DNA of 64,000 nucleotides, taken from Parcubacteria group bacterium. GTDB taxonomy: Bacteria; Patescibacteriota; Microgenomatia; UBA1400; PJMF01. Below the pieces are notes generated by a model. That model ran no database searches. It worked only from the letters and a program-made list of their open reading frames with translations, and was not told the origin of the DNA. The first letter of the stretch is position 1, and every line of letters begins with the position of its first letter. The DNA is taken from contig CALQZX010000002.1 in the NCBI GenBank assembly GCA_943350175.1, positions 66,061 through 130,060 of the forward strand, written 5' to 3'. This document shows positions 38,426-48,592 of this stretch, one piece after another. The translations under genes were made by a program, and so were the position numbers.

Positions 38426-40648
38426 ATGAAAAAGCAATTTAAGACCAATAAATGGCAAGAAGAAATTAACACTAGAGACTTTATTTTCAATAATTTTACT
38501 CCGTACGATGGAGACAGTTCTTTCTTAGTCGGTCCAACAAAAGCCACCAAAGAACTTTGGGATAAATCCAGTGAACTATTAAAACAAGAAATAAAAAATG
38601 GCGGAGTTCTTGATGTTGACACCAAAACTATTTCTTCAGTTACTAGTCACAAACCAGGTTACTTGAATAAAACCTTAGAAAAAATTGTTGGTTTTCAAAC
38701 CGATGAGCCACTCAAAAGAGCCATGAAACCTTACGGTGGAGTGAGAGTTGTGGAAGCTGCTTGCGAGGAAAATGGCTACAAAGTTGATCCTCTGGTTTCA
38801 GAAATATTTACCAAATATCGTAAATCTCACAATGATGGCGTTTTTGATGTTTACACCAAAACCATGCGTCAATTGCGTTCAACTGGAATTTTGACTGGTT
38901 TACCAGACAATTACGCTCGTGGCCGTATCATTGGTGATTATCGCCGTGTCGCTCTTTATGGCATCGATCGTTTAATTGCAGCCAAAAAAGCAGACAAAGA
39001 TGCTTTGGATGGCGTAATGACTGACGACATCATTAAGCTTCGCGAAGAAGTCAGTGAACAAATTAAAGCCCTTGGTGAAATGAAAGAAATGGCTGCTTCT
39101 TATGGTTTTGATATTTCCAAACCAGCAGAAACCGCCCAAGAAGCAATTCAATGGACTTGGTTTGGTTTCTTGGCTGCTCTTAAAGAACAAGATGGGGCTG
39201 CTATGAGTTTGGGGAACGTCAGTTCTTTCTTTGATGTTTATATTGAAAGAGATTTGGAAGACGGTAGTCTAACCGAAGTAGAAGCTCAAGAATTAGTCGA
39301 TCACTTCATCATGAAATGTCGTTTGATTCGTCATTTACGCATGAATGCCTATAATGATCTTTTTGCTGGTGATCCAACTTGGATTACTGAAGCTGTAGGC
39401 GGCTTTTTCTCCAATGGTCAGCACAAAGTTACCAAAACAAGTTTTAGATTCTTGCAAAGCTTATACAACATTGGCCCAGCTCCAGAACCAAATTTAACCA
39501 TTCTTTGGTCAGATAAATTGCCGGAGGGCTTTAAGAAATTCTGTGCTCAAGTTTCGATCGATACTTCTTCACTACAGTACGAGAACGATGATTTGATGCG
39601 TGATGTCAGTAGTTGCGATGATTATTGTATTGCTTGCTGCGTTTCGATGATGGAAACCGGTAAAGAAATGCAATTCTTCGGTGCTCGCTGCAATTTGGCT
39701 AAGGCTTTACTGATCGCTCTTAACGAGGGTCGTGATGAAAAAACTGGTGAAACAATCGTGCCTAATATCGAGAAAATGCCAGAAGGCCCAATTTCTTATG
39801 ATGAGTTTAGCAAGCGATTTGAGAAAACCGTCGCTTTTTTGGTAAAAGAATACGTTAACACCATGGATGTTATTCATTACATGCATGACAAATACTATTA
39901 TGAGAAAGCCCAGATGGCTCTCATGGACACCAAAGTCAAAAGAAATATGGCTTTTGGCGTCGCTGGCTTGAGTGTGGTGACTGATTCTATCTCAGCTATC
40001 AAATTTGCTAAAGTCACTCCGGTTCGTGATGAAAATGGTTTGACCAAAGAATTTAAAGTTGAAGGTGAATATCCAATGTATGGCAATGATGACGACAAAG
40101 TTGATTCAATCGCCCAAAAATTGGTCAAAGATTTTAATGCTGAACTTGGCAAACAACATATTTATCGTGGTGCCAATCCAACTCTGTCTGTTTTAACCAT
40201 CACTTCCAATGTGGTTTATGGCAAAAAAACAGGTGCTACTCCAGATGGTCGTAAAGCTGGTGAGCCTTTTGCTCCTGGTGCCAACCCAATGCATGGTCGT
40301 GATCATTCGGGCGCCATTGCTTCGCTGAATTCAGTCTCTAAGATTGACTACAAGAATGCTCGCGATGGAGTTTCTAATACTTTTTCGATTGTGCCAAAAA
40401 CACTGGGCGAAAATAAAGAGGCTCAAATCAAAAATTTATTGGCCATGTTGGATGGCTATTTCAATAAAAACGCTCATCATTTAAACGTTAATGTTCTTAA
40501 TCGTGAAACTTTGGAAGATGCTATGGAGCACCCAGAGAAATACCCACAATTGACCATTCGTGTTTCTGGTTATGCAGTCAACTTTATTAGATTGAGCAGA
40601 GATCATCAAAGAGAAGTCATCGCTAGAACTTTTCACGAGAGCATGTAG
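38426..40648 (+). CDS. pflB: Pyruvate formate-lyase
   Basis: [27 protein letters not shown] glycyl-radical motif; ATG 38426 preferred. Confidence 0.97.
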   Translation: MKKQFKTNKWQEEINTRDFIFNNFTPYDGDSSFLVGPTKATKELWDKSSELLKQEIKNGGVLDVDTKTISSVTSHKPGYLNKTLEKIVGFQTDEPLKRAMKPYGGVRVVEAACEENGYKVDPLVSEIFTKYRKSHNDGVFDVYTKTMRQLRSTGILTGLPDNYARGRIIGDYRRVALYGIDRLIAAKKADKDALDGVMTDDIIKLREEVSEQIKALGEMKEMAASYGFDISKPAETAQEAIQWTWFGFLAALKEQDGAAMSLGNVSSFFDVYIERDLEDGSLTEVEAQELVDHFIMKCRLIRHLRMNAYNDLFAGDPTWITEAVGGFFSNGQHKVTKTSFRFLQSLYNIGPAPEPNLTILWSDKLPEGFKKFCAQVSIDTSSLQYENDDLMRDVSSCDDYCIACCVSMMETGKEMQFFGARCNLAKALLIALNEGRDEKTGETIVPNIEKMPEGPISYDEFSKRFEKTVAFLVKEYVNTMDVIHYMHDKYYYEKAQMALMDTKVKRNMAFGVAGLSVVTDSISAIKFAKVTPVRDENGLTKEFKVEGEYPMYGNDDDKVDSIAQKLVKDFNAELGKQHIYRGANPTLSVLTITSNVVYGKKTGATPDGRKAGEPFAPGANPMHGRDHSGAIASLNSVSKIDYKNARDGVSNTFSIVPKTLGENKEAQIKNLLAMLDGYFNKNAHHLNVNVLNRETLEDAMEHPEKYPQLTIRVSGYAVNFIRLSRDHQREVIARTFHESM

Positions 40649-40660
40649 ACTGGTATTTGG

Positions 40661-41395
40661 ATGCTAAAAATTCATTCTCTAGATACCTTTGGCACTCATG
40701 ATGGACCAGGCATTCGTCTGGTCATCTTTGCGCAAGGCTGCCAATTTCGTTGTCTTTATTGCCACAATCCAGACACACAAGCTCTGGAAACTGCTGAAAT
40801 GAAAAGAATGGAAACTGCTGAAATAATTGAGTTCCTAGAAAAGGAAAGAACTTATTTTGGTCAAACTGGAGGCCTCACTATTTCTGGTGGTGAGCCAACT
40901 CTACAGGCAGAGGCATTGACTGAGCTTTTCAAAGAATGTCAAAAGCACGGTTTTAATACCTGCCTAGATACTTGCGGAGCTGTTTTTGACCAAAGCGTCA
41001 AAGATCTCTATGATCTGACTGACATTGTAATGTTGGATGTTAAACACATTGATCCTGTTTGGCACCAAAAACTAACTAAAGCCAGTAACGAAAATGTTTT
41101 AAAAAATGCTGCTTACCGTGAGGAAAGTGGTAAGGAAATGTGGCTGCGTTACGTTTTGGTACCTGGCTGGACTGACCAACCTGAGTATCTAGAAACCTGG
41201 GCTAAATATTTCGCAGGCTATAAAACAGTCAAAAGAGTGGAACTTATCCCTTATCATGAATTAGGGGTTTTTAAATATCAGGCTTTAGGTAGAAAATATG
41301 AGTTAGTTGGTGTCAAACCACCAAGCCAAGCAGAAAAAGATGCTGCTGCCTTAATTTTTAGAAAATATTTAGGAGATAAAGTTGTGGTCGTTTAG
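40661..41395 (+). CDS. pflA: Pyruvate formate-lyase activating enzyme
   Basis: DGPGIR, CQFRCLYCHNPDT, SGGEP. Confidence 0.96.
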   Translation: MLKIHSLDTFGTHDGPGIRLVIFAQGCQFRCLYCHNPDTQALETAEMKRMETAEIIEFLEKERTYFGQTGGLTISGGEPTLQAEALTELFKECQKHGFNTCLDTCGAVFDQSVKDLYDLTDIVMLDVKHIDPVWHQKLTKASNENVLKNAAYREESGKEMWLRYVLVPGWTDQPEYLETWAKYFAGYKTVKRVELIPYHELGVFKYQALGRKYELVGVKPPSQAEKDAAALIFRKYLGDKVVVV

Positions 41396-41420
41396 TCCAT
41401 GGCAAATAAAGAAAGAAAAT

Positions 41421-43508
41421 ATGAATTTAGATAAATTGTTTTATCCAAAATCAATCGCTATTATTGGTGCTTCCAGTCGAGAGAAAACTGTTGGCAACGA
41501 CGTGGTCAAAAACCTTGTTCAACAAGGCTACCAAGGTCAAATTTATCCAATTAATCCTAAAATTGATGAGCTTTATGGTCGCAAGGTTTATCATGAAATC
41601 ACCGAAATCGATGGAGAAGTTGAATTAATTGTCGTAGCTATTCCAGCTAAATTTGTGGCCGATGAAATCAGAAAAGCCGCTACAAAAGGTGCTAAAGCAG
41701 CGATCGTTATTTCTGCTGGTTTTAAAGAAGCTGGTAATTTGGAACTAGAACAACAATTGGCTGCAACTTGCAATGAACTTGGCGTAACTTTAGTCGGTCC
41801 AAATTGTTTGGGTGCCATTAACGCTGAACATAGCATGAATGCTTCTTTTGCCGCGGTCATGCCTCCTGTTGGCGACATTGCCTTCTTTTCTCAAAGTGGC
41901 GCTCTTTGTACAGCAGTCTTGGATTATGCCAAAGACTTGGGCATTGGTTTTTCTAAGTTTGTTAGTATTGGCAATAAAGCTGCTTTGGAAGAACTTGATT
42001 TGATCAAATATTTGCACGAAGATCCAAAAACCAAAGTCATTTGTTTATATGCAGAATCTCTAGAAAATGCTCCAGAATTAATTACTGCTCTTAGAGAATT
42101 AAATCGTGGTAGCAATCCAAAACCAGTCATTGTTCTTAAATCTGGTAAAACCGCTGCTGGTGCAGGCGCCATTGCCTCCCACACTGGTTCACTTAGCACC
42201 GGCGACAGTGCTTACCAGGCCTTATTTGCTCAAGCTGGCATGATTCGTGCCAATACTATTAGCGAACTTTTTGATTTAGCTCAAGTTTTTTCCATGAATC
42301 AGATTCAGGCAGTTAAAAAAGTCACCATCATCACCAATGCTGGTGGTCCTGGTGTTTTGACCACTGATGCGGTGATTGAGAGTGGTTTGGAATTGGCAGA
42401 TTTAGCTCCAGAAACTGTGGTTAAATTACGCTCTTTCTTACCTCCTTCAGCCAGTACTCATAATCCAGTTGATGTTTTGGGTGATGCTGCTGGTGAAATT
42501 TATGAAAAAACCATCGAAGTGGTGGCAGAAGACCCAAATACCGACGCCATTATCGTGTTACTCACTCCTCAATCGATGACTGAACCAGAAAAAACTGCTC
42601 AAGCTGTAGTTAAAATGCGTCAAACCAGCAGCAAGCCAATTGTGGTTAGTTTGATGGGTCGCGCTTTGGTGGCAGGAGGTGTGGAAATTTTACGTGCCAA
42701 TAAAATCGCTAGCACTGCTTTCCCAGAGCCAGCCGCTGCCGCAATGGCCAAGTTTGCTAAATTTAGTAACTGGAGCCAGGAAAAGAATGAAGCTTTCTTA
42801 AGCTATAACGACGTGGATAAAGAGAAGGTCGCTCAAATTTTCGCCGCCGCCAAAGAAAAAGGTCAAACCTCATTTCCAGAGGCAGAAGCTATGGAAATCA
42901 TGAAAGCCTACCGTTTTCCTTTGCTTAAATCAGCTATCGCCAGAAGTAGTGACGAGGCCTTGAAAATCATGCAAGAATTCAACTGCCAAGTGGCCATGAA
43001 AATAGTTTCGCCAGATATTTTGCATAAGAGCGACGTGGGCGGTGTCAGTCTTGGTGTAAGCGTCGATAATATTGTTAGCGAATATGAAGCCATGATGACT
43101 AGAGTGGCTGCCAATAAGCCAGAAGCCAAGCTCGAAGGTGTGCTTTTGATGGAAATGGCTGGCAAAGGAGTGGAATTGATCCTTGGAATCAACAAAAATG
43201 CTTTGGGCACAATGTTAATGTTTGGTTTGGGCGGCATCTATGTGGAAGTTTTCAAAGATGTAAACCTCGCTTTTGCTCCTTTAACTAGAACTGATGTTTT
43301 GAAAATGATTGGTGGTCTTCGCTCAAGTAAATTACTTGAAGGCGTGAGAGGTGAAGCTGCAGCTGATAAAGAAAGCATTATCGAGTCGATCGGCCGTTTA
43401 TCTCAACTAGTGAGTGATTTCCCTACAATTGTGGAATTGGATATCAATCCATTATTGGCGACCAAAGATGGTGCTAAAGTGCTGGACGTGAGAGTAGTGA
43501 TAGAATAA
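41421..43508 (+). CDS. Acetate--CoA ligase (ADP-forming), fused alpha/beta
   Basis: PKSIAIIGAS, GPNCLG, SQSGA, SHTGSL, NAGGPG, HKSDVGGV, ELDINP; no GNAT domain. Confidence 0.92.
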   Translation: MNLDKLFYPKSIAIIGASSREKTVGNDVVKNLVQQGYQGQIYPINPKIDELYGRKVYHEITEIDGEVELIVVAIPAKFVADEIRKAATKGAKAAIVISAGFKEAGNLELEQQLAATCNELGVTLVGPNCLGAINAEHSMNASFAAVMPPVGDIAFFSQSGALCTAVLDYAKDLGIGFSKFVSIGNKAALEELDLIKYLHEDPKTKVICLYAESLENAPELITALRELNRGSNPKPVIVLKSGKTAAGAGAIASHTGSLSTGDSAYQALFAQAGMIRANTISELFDLAQVFSMNQIQAVKKVTIITNAGGPGVLTTDAVIESGLELADLAPETVVKLRSFLPPSASTHNPVDVLGDAAGEIYEKTIEVVAEDPNTDAIIVLLTPQSMTEPEKTAQAVVKMRQTSSKPIVVSLMGRALVAGGVEILRANKIASTAFPEPAAAAMAKFAKFSNWSQEKNEAFLSYNDVDKEKVAQIFAAAKEKGQTSFPEAEAMEIMKAYRFPLLKSAIARSSDEALKIMQEFNCQVAMKIVSPDILHKSDVGGVSLGVSVDNIVSEYEAMMTRVAANKPEAKLEGVLLMEMAGKGVELILGINKNALGTMLMFGLGGIYVEVFKDVNLAFAPLTRTDVLKMIGGLRSSKLLEGVRGEAAADKESIIESIGRLSQLVSDFPTIVELDINPLLATKDGAKVLDVRVVIE

Positions 43509-43513
43509 TCACT

Positions 43514-44641
43514 ATGAAATCAGCCATTTATGCCTTTTCTGGCGACCCAATTACTTTTGGTCATTTGGATATTATTAAGCGCGCTGCAGCCGTTTTTGAC
43601 CGTTTAGTGGTGGCGATTGGCGTTAATCCAAGTAAGAAGTATCTTTTTTCTCTGGAAGAGCGTACTGAAATGGCCCGTCGCTCCTTGCTCAATCTCACTA
43701 ATGTCGAAGTTAAGTCATTTTCTGGCATGCTAGTGGATTTTGCTTACGAAAATAATATCAATGTAATTGTTAAAGGTGTGCGTAGTAGCAATGACTTTGA
43801 ATATGAAATGAGCTTACATAATTTGGGTGAAAGTCAGAAACTTGGTATTGATACCTTTATTCTCTTTGCCAAACCAAGCCTGGCTCACATCAGCTCAAGT
43901 GCTGTCAAAGACATTCAGAAGGAACAAGGCTTGATTCAAGATTATGTCCCACCTTACGTCAAACAATGTGTGGAAGCCAAATTGAGTGGCCAATACATCA
44001 TTGGTCTAACTGGTGAAATTGGTGCTGGTAAATCCTATGTTGGAGAAAAGCTGGTAGAGCTGGCCAAAGCAATGAATTTGGAAGCTCATAACATCGAACT
44101 GGATCATTTATCTTGGCAAATCCAGGACGATCTCAAAGAAGAAAAATACGAAGTAGTGCGTAAGCAAATTATTGATACTTTTGGCGCTGAAGTCGGCAAT
44201 GCTGACGGCAGTATTAATCGCAAAGCGCTTGGTGAAATTGTTTTTGCTGATCAAAAAAAGTTAGAGCGTCTCAATGAAATTATGGATACGCCAATTCTAG
44301 TGCGCTTGCGTCGTGAGCTCAAAGATAAAAAAGGTCTAATTTTCCTCAATGCCTCTTTGCTCGCTGAAGCTGGTATGGGTCAGCTTAGTAACTGCAATAT
44401 GATTCTTTTGTCTGTGGATGAAGCGACTCAAGAACAAAGATTGCTCGATAGAGATTTGGATAAAGAGCAGATTAAAAGAAGACTGATGAGTCAATACGAT
44501 TTTGTACACAAGAAAGAACAACTGGAAAAAGAAATTGAAATGAACAGACAGGGAAAATTGTGGGTGATGGAGAGTGAGGATTACGGAATAGTCAATTTAT
44601 TGGAATCTATTATTAGCTATTTTCAATTAAAAAATAAATGA
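43514..44641 (+). CDS. coaD: Fused phosphopantetheine adenylyltransferase / dephospho-CoA kinase (CoaD-CoaE)
   Basis: DPITFGHLDII...KGVR...ISSSAVK then IIGLTGEIGAGKS...INRKALGEIVF. Confidence 0.9.
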   Translation: MKSAIYAFSGDPITFGHLDIIKRAAAVFDRLVVAIGVNPSKKYLFSLEERTEMARRSLLNLTNVEVKSFSGMLVDFAYENNINVIVKGVRSSNDFEYEMSLHNLGESQKLGIDTFILFAKPSLAHISSSAVKDIQKEQGLIQDYVPPYVKQCVEAKLSGQYIIGLTGEIGAGKSYVGEKLVELAKAMNLEAHNIELDHLSWQIQDDLKEEKYEVVRKQIIDTFGAEVGNADGSINRKALGEIVFADQKKLERLNEIMDTPILVRLRRELKDKKGLIFLNASLLAEAGMGQLSNCNMILLSVDEATQEQRLLDRDLDKEQIKRRLMSQYDFVHKKEQLEKEIEMNRQGKLWVMESEDYGIVNLLESIISYFQLKNK

Positions 44642-46173
44642 CAGTTTCTACTTTTGAGCAAAACACTAAAAATGAGCAAATGTATTCAGTAGATGAATTA
44701 GTAGCTAAAAAATCTGTTGATTTATTACCACCAAATCTTAATCAAAAAATTAGTATTCAAGTCATATCTTTTAAAGAAATGTCAGAGCAGACTCCCATAA
44801 GTAATGAGATAGGACATTTAATTCTATTTTTAGAATCAGTGATTTCAGCTACAAATAATTTAGACAAAAGTGCCTTAAAAGAAATTGAGATTTTGTTCAA
44901 TGTTAATAATCAAAAAGGAGACGTTCCTATTGGGAACCGTCGTGCTTTGTTGCTTCTATCTAGTTTAACAAAGTTTAAAGACTTGCCAGTGGAAAAGATT
45001 ATAGAGGTTATGGTGAAAGATGGTATGTTAGTTGGTCAAGATATTGAACCAAATTATGATCTAGGTATTAAAGAACTAAAGAAGCAGCTCGCTATTCATG
45101 GAATAACTGATGATTACGAGGTATCAGAAATAATTTCTGATCGAATGGCAGAATGGAAAAATGCATTTAATCAAAGTCTAATTGCAAAAGATAGAACAAC
45201 TAAGTTGATTATCAACTTGCGTCAAAAAATTGAAGATGGACTCTCAATTGGATTAATAGATTGTACAGATGGCTCATACATTTCAAAGTATAAAGAAGGT
45301 GATAATAAAACTTATCCAAATACACAGGCAGCTCGCAGGCTTTTGCTATCAGAAATAGCCAAAAACAGATCAGATCAAATTGGAGGCAATTCATTAATGA
45401 TTCCAATGGATAATGATTGCTTGCTAACCGAATCAGGCTTAAGAACTTGGTTGGAATCTACTTATAAAAAAGAAGCATTTCTTTCTGTTCCAGATTTTGT
45501 TCCAGATGAAAGTTGTCTGGATATTAATGAAAATTCGATTGCAGAAGCTAAAATTTTTCAGCAGTTTTCTGATTTTAAAATGATTAAAGGTTTCATAAAA
45601 TCATTTTTAAATAACCAAAGAATAAGTTTTGCTCCATTTCTTGGATCATGTGGATTTTCTACGAGTACTTATAAGTTGATTAAGGGCTGGGATTTGATGG
45701 ATGAATCGTTGGGAGAAGATGCGAGAATGATGACTAAAGTTATTAAAAAAGCAGATCACCTTTCTTTTTACCCTAGAGCATTAATCAAAGTTTCATCCAG
45801 AATTAGAGAGGGGTCATGGATGGGTAACCAGGACAAATGGAAGGAGAGGTCTAGAGATTCGTATCTAATTAAAGTACCTAAGGATAATCTTTTTTGGAAA
45901 AGATTTGATTTATCCAATTCTTTGATTGATTTCGACCAATTAGTTGATTTGCTTACAAATTTGATTAAAAAAAGATTCAGTCAAGACGATATGAAAAATA
46001 TTCATGGGGAAAGAATTTTGAGTTATTTAGAATCTGATAATAAACAACTAAGTTTGATTAGAGCACTAAACGCTCTACTTTCTAGCGGACTATCTAAAAA
46101 TGAAATTTTTGTCAGAAATGAAGACTCTAAGCAGTTGCAAGACTTATTTGTGGCAGTTTCACAATTGCTTTGA
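44638..46173 (+). CDS. Hypothetical protein, divergent GT2-like fold with long insertion
   Basis: ISIQVISFKE, AARR, MDNDC (DxD), GWD...GED, VSSR. Confidence 0.6.
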   Translation: MTVSTFEQNTKNEQMYSVDELVAKKSVDLLPPNLNQKISIQVISFKEMSEQTPISNEIGHLILFLESVISATNNLDKSALKEIEILFNVNNQKGDVPIGNRRALLLLSSLTKFKDLPVEKIIEVMVKDGMLVGQDIEPNYDLGIKELKKQLAIHGITDDYEVSEIISDRMAEWKNAFNQSLIAKDRTTKLIINLRQKIEDGLSIGLIDCTDGSYISKYKEGDNKTYPNTQAARRLLLSEIAKNRSDQIGGNSLMIPMDNDCLLTESGLRTWLESTYKKEAFLSVPDFVPDESCLDINENSIAEAKIFQQFSDFKMIKGFIKSFLNNQRISFAPFLGSCGFSTSTYKLIKGWDLMDESLGEDARMMTKVIKKADHLSFYPRALIKVSSRIREGSWMGNQDKWKERSRDSYLIKVPKDNLFWKRFDLSNSLIDFDQLVDLLTNLIKKRFSQDDMKNIHGERILSYLESDNKQLSLIRALNALLSSGLSKNEIFVRNEDSKQLQDLFVAVSQLL

Positions 46174-46755
46174 TGAATTAATTTTGATTCCTAATCTAAA
46201 TCTCACCAACGAATAAATAATTATACAAATGGTGAAGATATAAACGGGGAAGCCCCATTGCGCAAAACTCCAATCTTTGATGGTCAGTAAAGTTAAACCA
46301 GAATTGATCATGCCAAATAAAAAGATGGTGCTATTTTCAGTCTCTGGTTCTTTGTAGGATTTGATTATGGTTGGCAAGGAAGCAAAAGCATCAGCAATGA
46401 TGGAAAAAAGAATGGCTAAATTACCTTCACCTGTTACTTGCCAAATAATGATGGCGAAGACAGAAATAGAACCATAAACATAGTCCATTTTGTTTAATTT
46501 CCAATAAGCTTTTTTATTGATGAATGAAGCTAAAACAATCATGGTTGGATTAAATCCAGCCATGAAAGTCATGAGCGCTGTTAGGCCAACACCTTTTTCT
46601 AACTGAGCAGCAAAAGCGATCATCGGAGCCAAAGCCCAAAGAAACCAAGTGACGCGATTTGGTTTTGTTTTGCCTTTGACGGTATCAATGAGGTAACTAA
46701 GCCCGCCGTAAAAAGAAAGCAGAGCGCCTAAAATAATGAAGTTTTCGTTTAGCAT
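46159..46755 (-). CDS. Hypothetical membrane protein (PQ-loop-like pattern)
   Basis: 6-7 TM, KGKTKPNRVTW, LPTIIKSYKEPETE. Confidence 0.8.
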   Translation of the reverse strand: MLNENFIILGALLSFYGGLSYLIDTVKGKTKPNRVTWFLWALAPMIAFAAQLEKGVGLTALMTFMAGFNPTMIVLASFINKKAYWKLNKMDYVYGSISVFAIIIWQVTGEGNLAILFSIIADAFASLPTIIKSYKEPETENSTIFLFGMINSGLTLLTIKDWSFAQWGFPVYIFTICIIIYSLVRFRLGIKINSSKQL

Positions 46756-46770
46756 TTTTATATTCTAGCA

Positions 46771-47535
46771 CTAGGCTAATTCAATAGAAATTGGACAATG
46801 ATCGGAGCCCATCACCTGATCATGAATTTCGGCACTTTTTAATTTTTTCTCTAAATTTTTACTAACGAAGAAATAATCAATTCTCCAGCCAACATTTCTT
46901 GGTCTGGCACCAGAGCGTTGACTCCACCAAGTGTAACGGTCTTTTACTGTTGGATTTAGAGCACGAAAACTATCAATGAAACCAAGCTCCAACAATTGAT
47001 CAATCCAAGCTCTTTCCTCCTTTAGAAAACCAGAAATTAGTTCATTTTCCTTGGGTCTAGCCAGATCAACTTTCTGATGAGCGGTATTAACGTCGCCACA
47101 AATGACGATATTTTTTTCAGTCTTCAAGAGTTCTTTGAGATATTGGAGTAAAAAATCATAATAAGCCATTTTATAAGCCAATCTCTCTGGAGAGGCTTTG
47201 CCATTGGGAAAATAGATATTAAAAAGGGTGAAATCCTGATATTTGCTGACGATAGTGCGACCCTCACGGTCAAATTTATTTTCGCTAAGGCCAATTTGGA
47301 TGGAGAGTGGTTTTACTTTGCTATAAGTCACTACTCCTGAGTAGCCCTTCTTTTCTGCCGAAGCAAAAGAGCTTTCGTAAGGAGCAATTTCCGTTAGATC
47401 AAAGCCCAACTGATCTGGAGAAGCTTTGGTTTCTTGTAGACAGACGATGTCAGCATCAAGATCTTTGATCCAGGTAAAAAACCCTTTTTTGGCGATGGCA
47501 CGGATTCCATTGACGTTCCAAGAATAAATCTTCAT
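46771..47535 (-). CDS. xth: Exodeoxyribonuclease III
   Basis: SWNVNGIRA, LQETK, GDVNTAH, GWRIDY, SDHCP. Confidence 0.96.
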   Translation of the reverse strand: MKIYSWNVNGIRAIAKKGFFTWIKDLDADIVCLQETKASPDQLGFDLTEIAPYESSFASAEKKGYSGVVTYSKVKPLSIQIGLSENKFDREGRTIVSKYQDFTLFNIYFPNGKASPERLAYKMAYYDFLLQYLKELLKTEKNIVICGDVNTAHQKVDLARPKENELISGFLKEERAWIDQLLELGFIDSFRALNPTVKDRYTWWSQRSGARPRNVGWRIDYFFVSKNLEKKLKSAEIHDQVMGSDHCPISIELA

Positions 47536-47581
47536 ATATTAGAAATTATAGCGTATATTAGCCTTGTCGCCCAACATAAAT

Positions 47582-48439
47582 ATGAATGAATTTGATTACT
47601 TAGTTTTGCTTACTTTGGCTTACAGCAGTTGTTTTTCCTTTGCTTTGACGGCTGATGAGGTGATTAAACGTTTACCATTGGCACCAAAAAAACTCATTTT
47701 TTCTGAGAAAAAAATCAGAGAATCGCTAAAGAAATTGACTAAGCAAGCTTTAATTCAAAGTGATGGACAATATTTTTTCTTGGAAAAGAAAGATTTGATA
47801 AGTAGAAAAAAACGTGCCAAATTTGTTTCCGCCAAAAAAGAGCGAACAACTGAATTTGTAAAATTGGCTAGCAAAATTCCATTTGTCCAAGCCATTGTCT
47901 TAACTGGCTCCACAGCCGTTGATAATGCCCAAAAAGAGGACGATTTAGACTTCATGATTATTTGTAAGAAGAACACCTTGTGGATCTGCCGTTTCCTCTT
48001 AATCGCCCTCACCAAACTGAAAGACAAAAGACCAAGTCAAGAAAAAGATAACGCCTGGTGTCTCAACCTTTGGTTAGACGAAAGCGACCTAACAATCGAC
48101 GAAAATAGAAGAAGCCTCTACGAAGCCTACGAAATACTACAAATGAAATTCGTCTTTGACCGAAGTAATTATGAAAAAAGATTTTTAAATGCCAATGCTT
48201 GGCTTCGCAATTATTTGTTTATTTACGAATTATATGGCTTTGGCAAATACAAAAAAGAAAAGAGTTACTCTTGGTTCAATCAACTTTTTTTTAGCTTGCA
48301 AAAAAGATATCGTCTTTTGAGTTTTGGCCAAGAGAATTTTAGCTTGAGTCTGACTCAAGCCTTTTTTAACCATTTGAATTTTCGAGCAAAATTATTTACT
48401 AGATTAAGAAAAAAATTGAGTGATTTTGATATGTTATAA
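47582..48439 (+). CDS. Hypothetical nucleotidyltransferase-fold protein
   Basis: IPFVQAIVLTGS..DDLDFMII (GS..DxD), WCLN. Confidence 0.75.
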   Translation: MNEFDYLVLLTLAYSSCFSFALTADEVIKRLPLAPKKLIFSEKKIRESLKKLTKQALIQSDGQYFFLEKKDLISRKKRAKFVSAKKERTTEFVKLASKIPFVQAIVLTGSTAVDNAQKEDDLDFMIICKKNTLWICRFLLIALTKLKDKRPSQEKDNAWCLNLWLDESDLTIDENRRSLYEAYEILQMKFVFDRSNYEKRFLNANAWLRNYLFIYELYGFGKYKKEKSYSWFNQLFFSLQKRYRLLSFGQENFSLSLTQAFFNHLNFRAKLFTRLRKKLSDFDML

Positions 48440-48481
48440 ATTCATTTTTTATTCATTTTAGAGTGGTTTAATGAAAACATT

Positions 48482-48592
48482 ATGAACAAAATAATCGAAA
48501 AAATTCTCCAAAATCAGAATATCTCCGAACAAGAAATCAAGACAATAATTACTGATCAAACCTACGGGCAACCGTGGAGTGATGAGGAATAA
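48482..48592 (+). CDS. ComX-like peptide precursor, 36 aa (not in ORF track)
   Basis: MNKIIEKILQNQNISEQEIKTIITDQTYGQPWSDEE; TAATG overlap with kinase; single Trp near C-terminus. Confidence 0.75.
   Translation: MNKIIEKILQNQNISEQEIKTIITDQTYGQPWSDEE

Noticed and set aside
40785-40824. 16-bp direct repeat TGGAAACTGCTGAAAT in pflA
   Set aside because: In-frame micro-duplication in a variable loop; only two copies.
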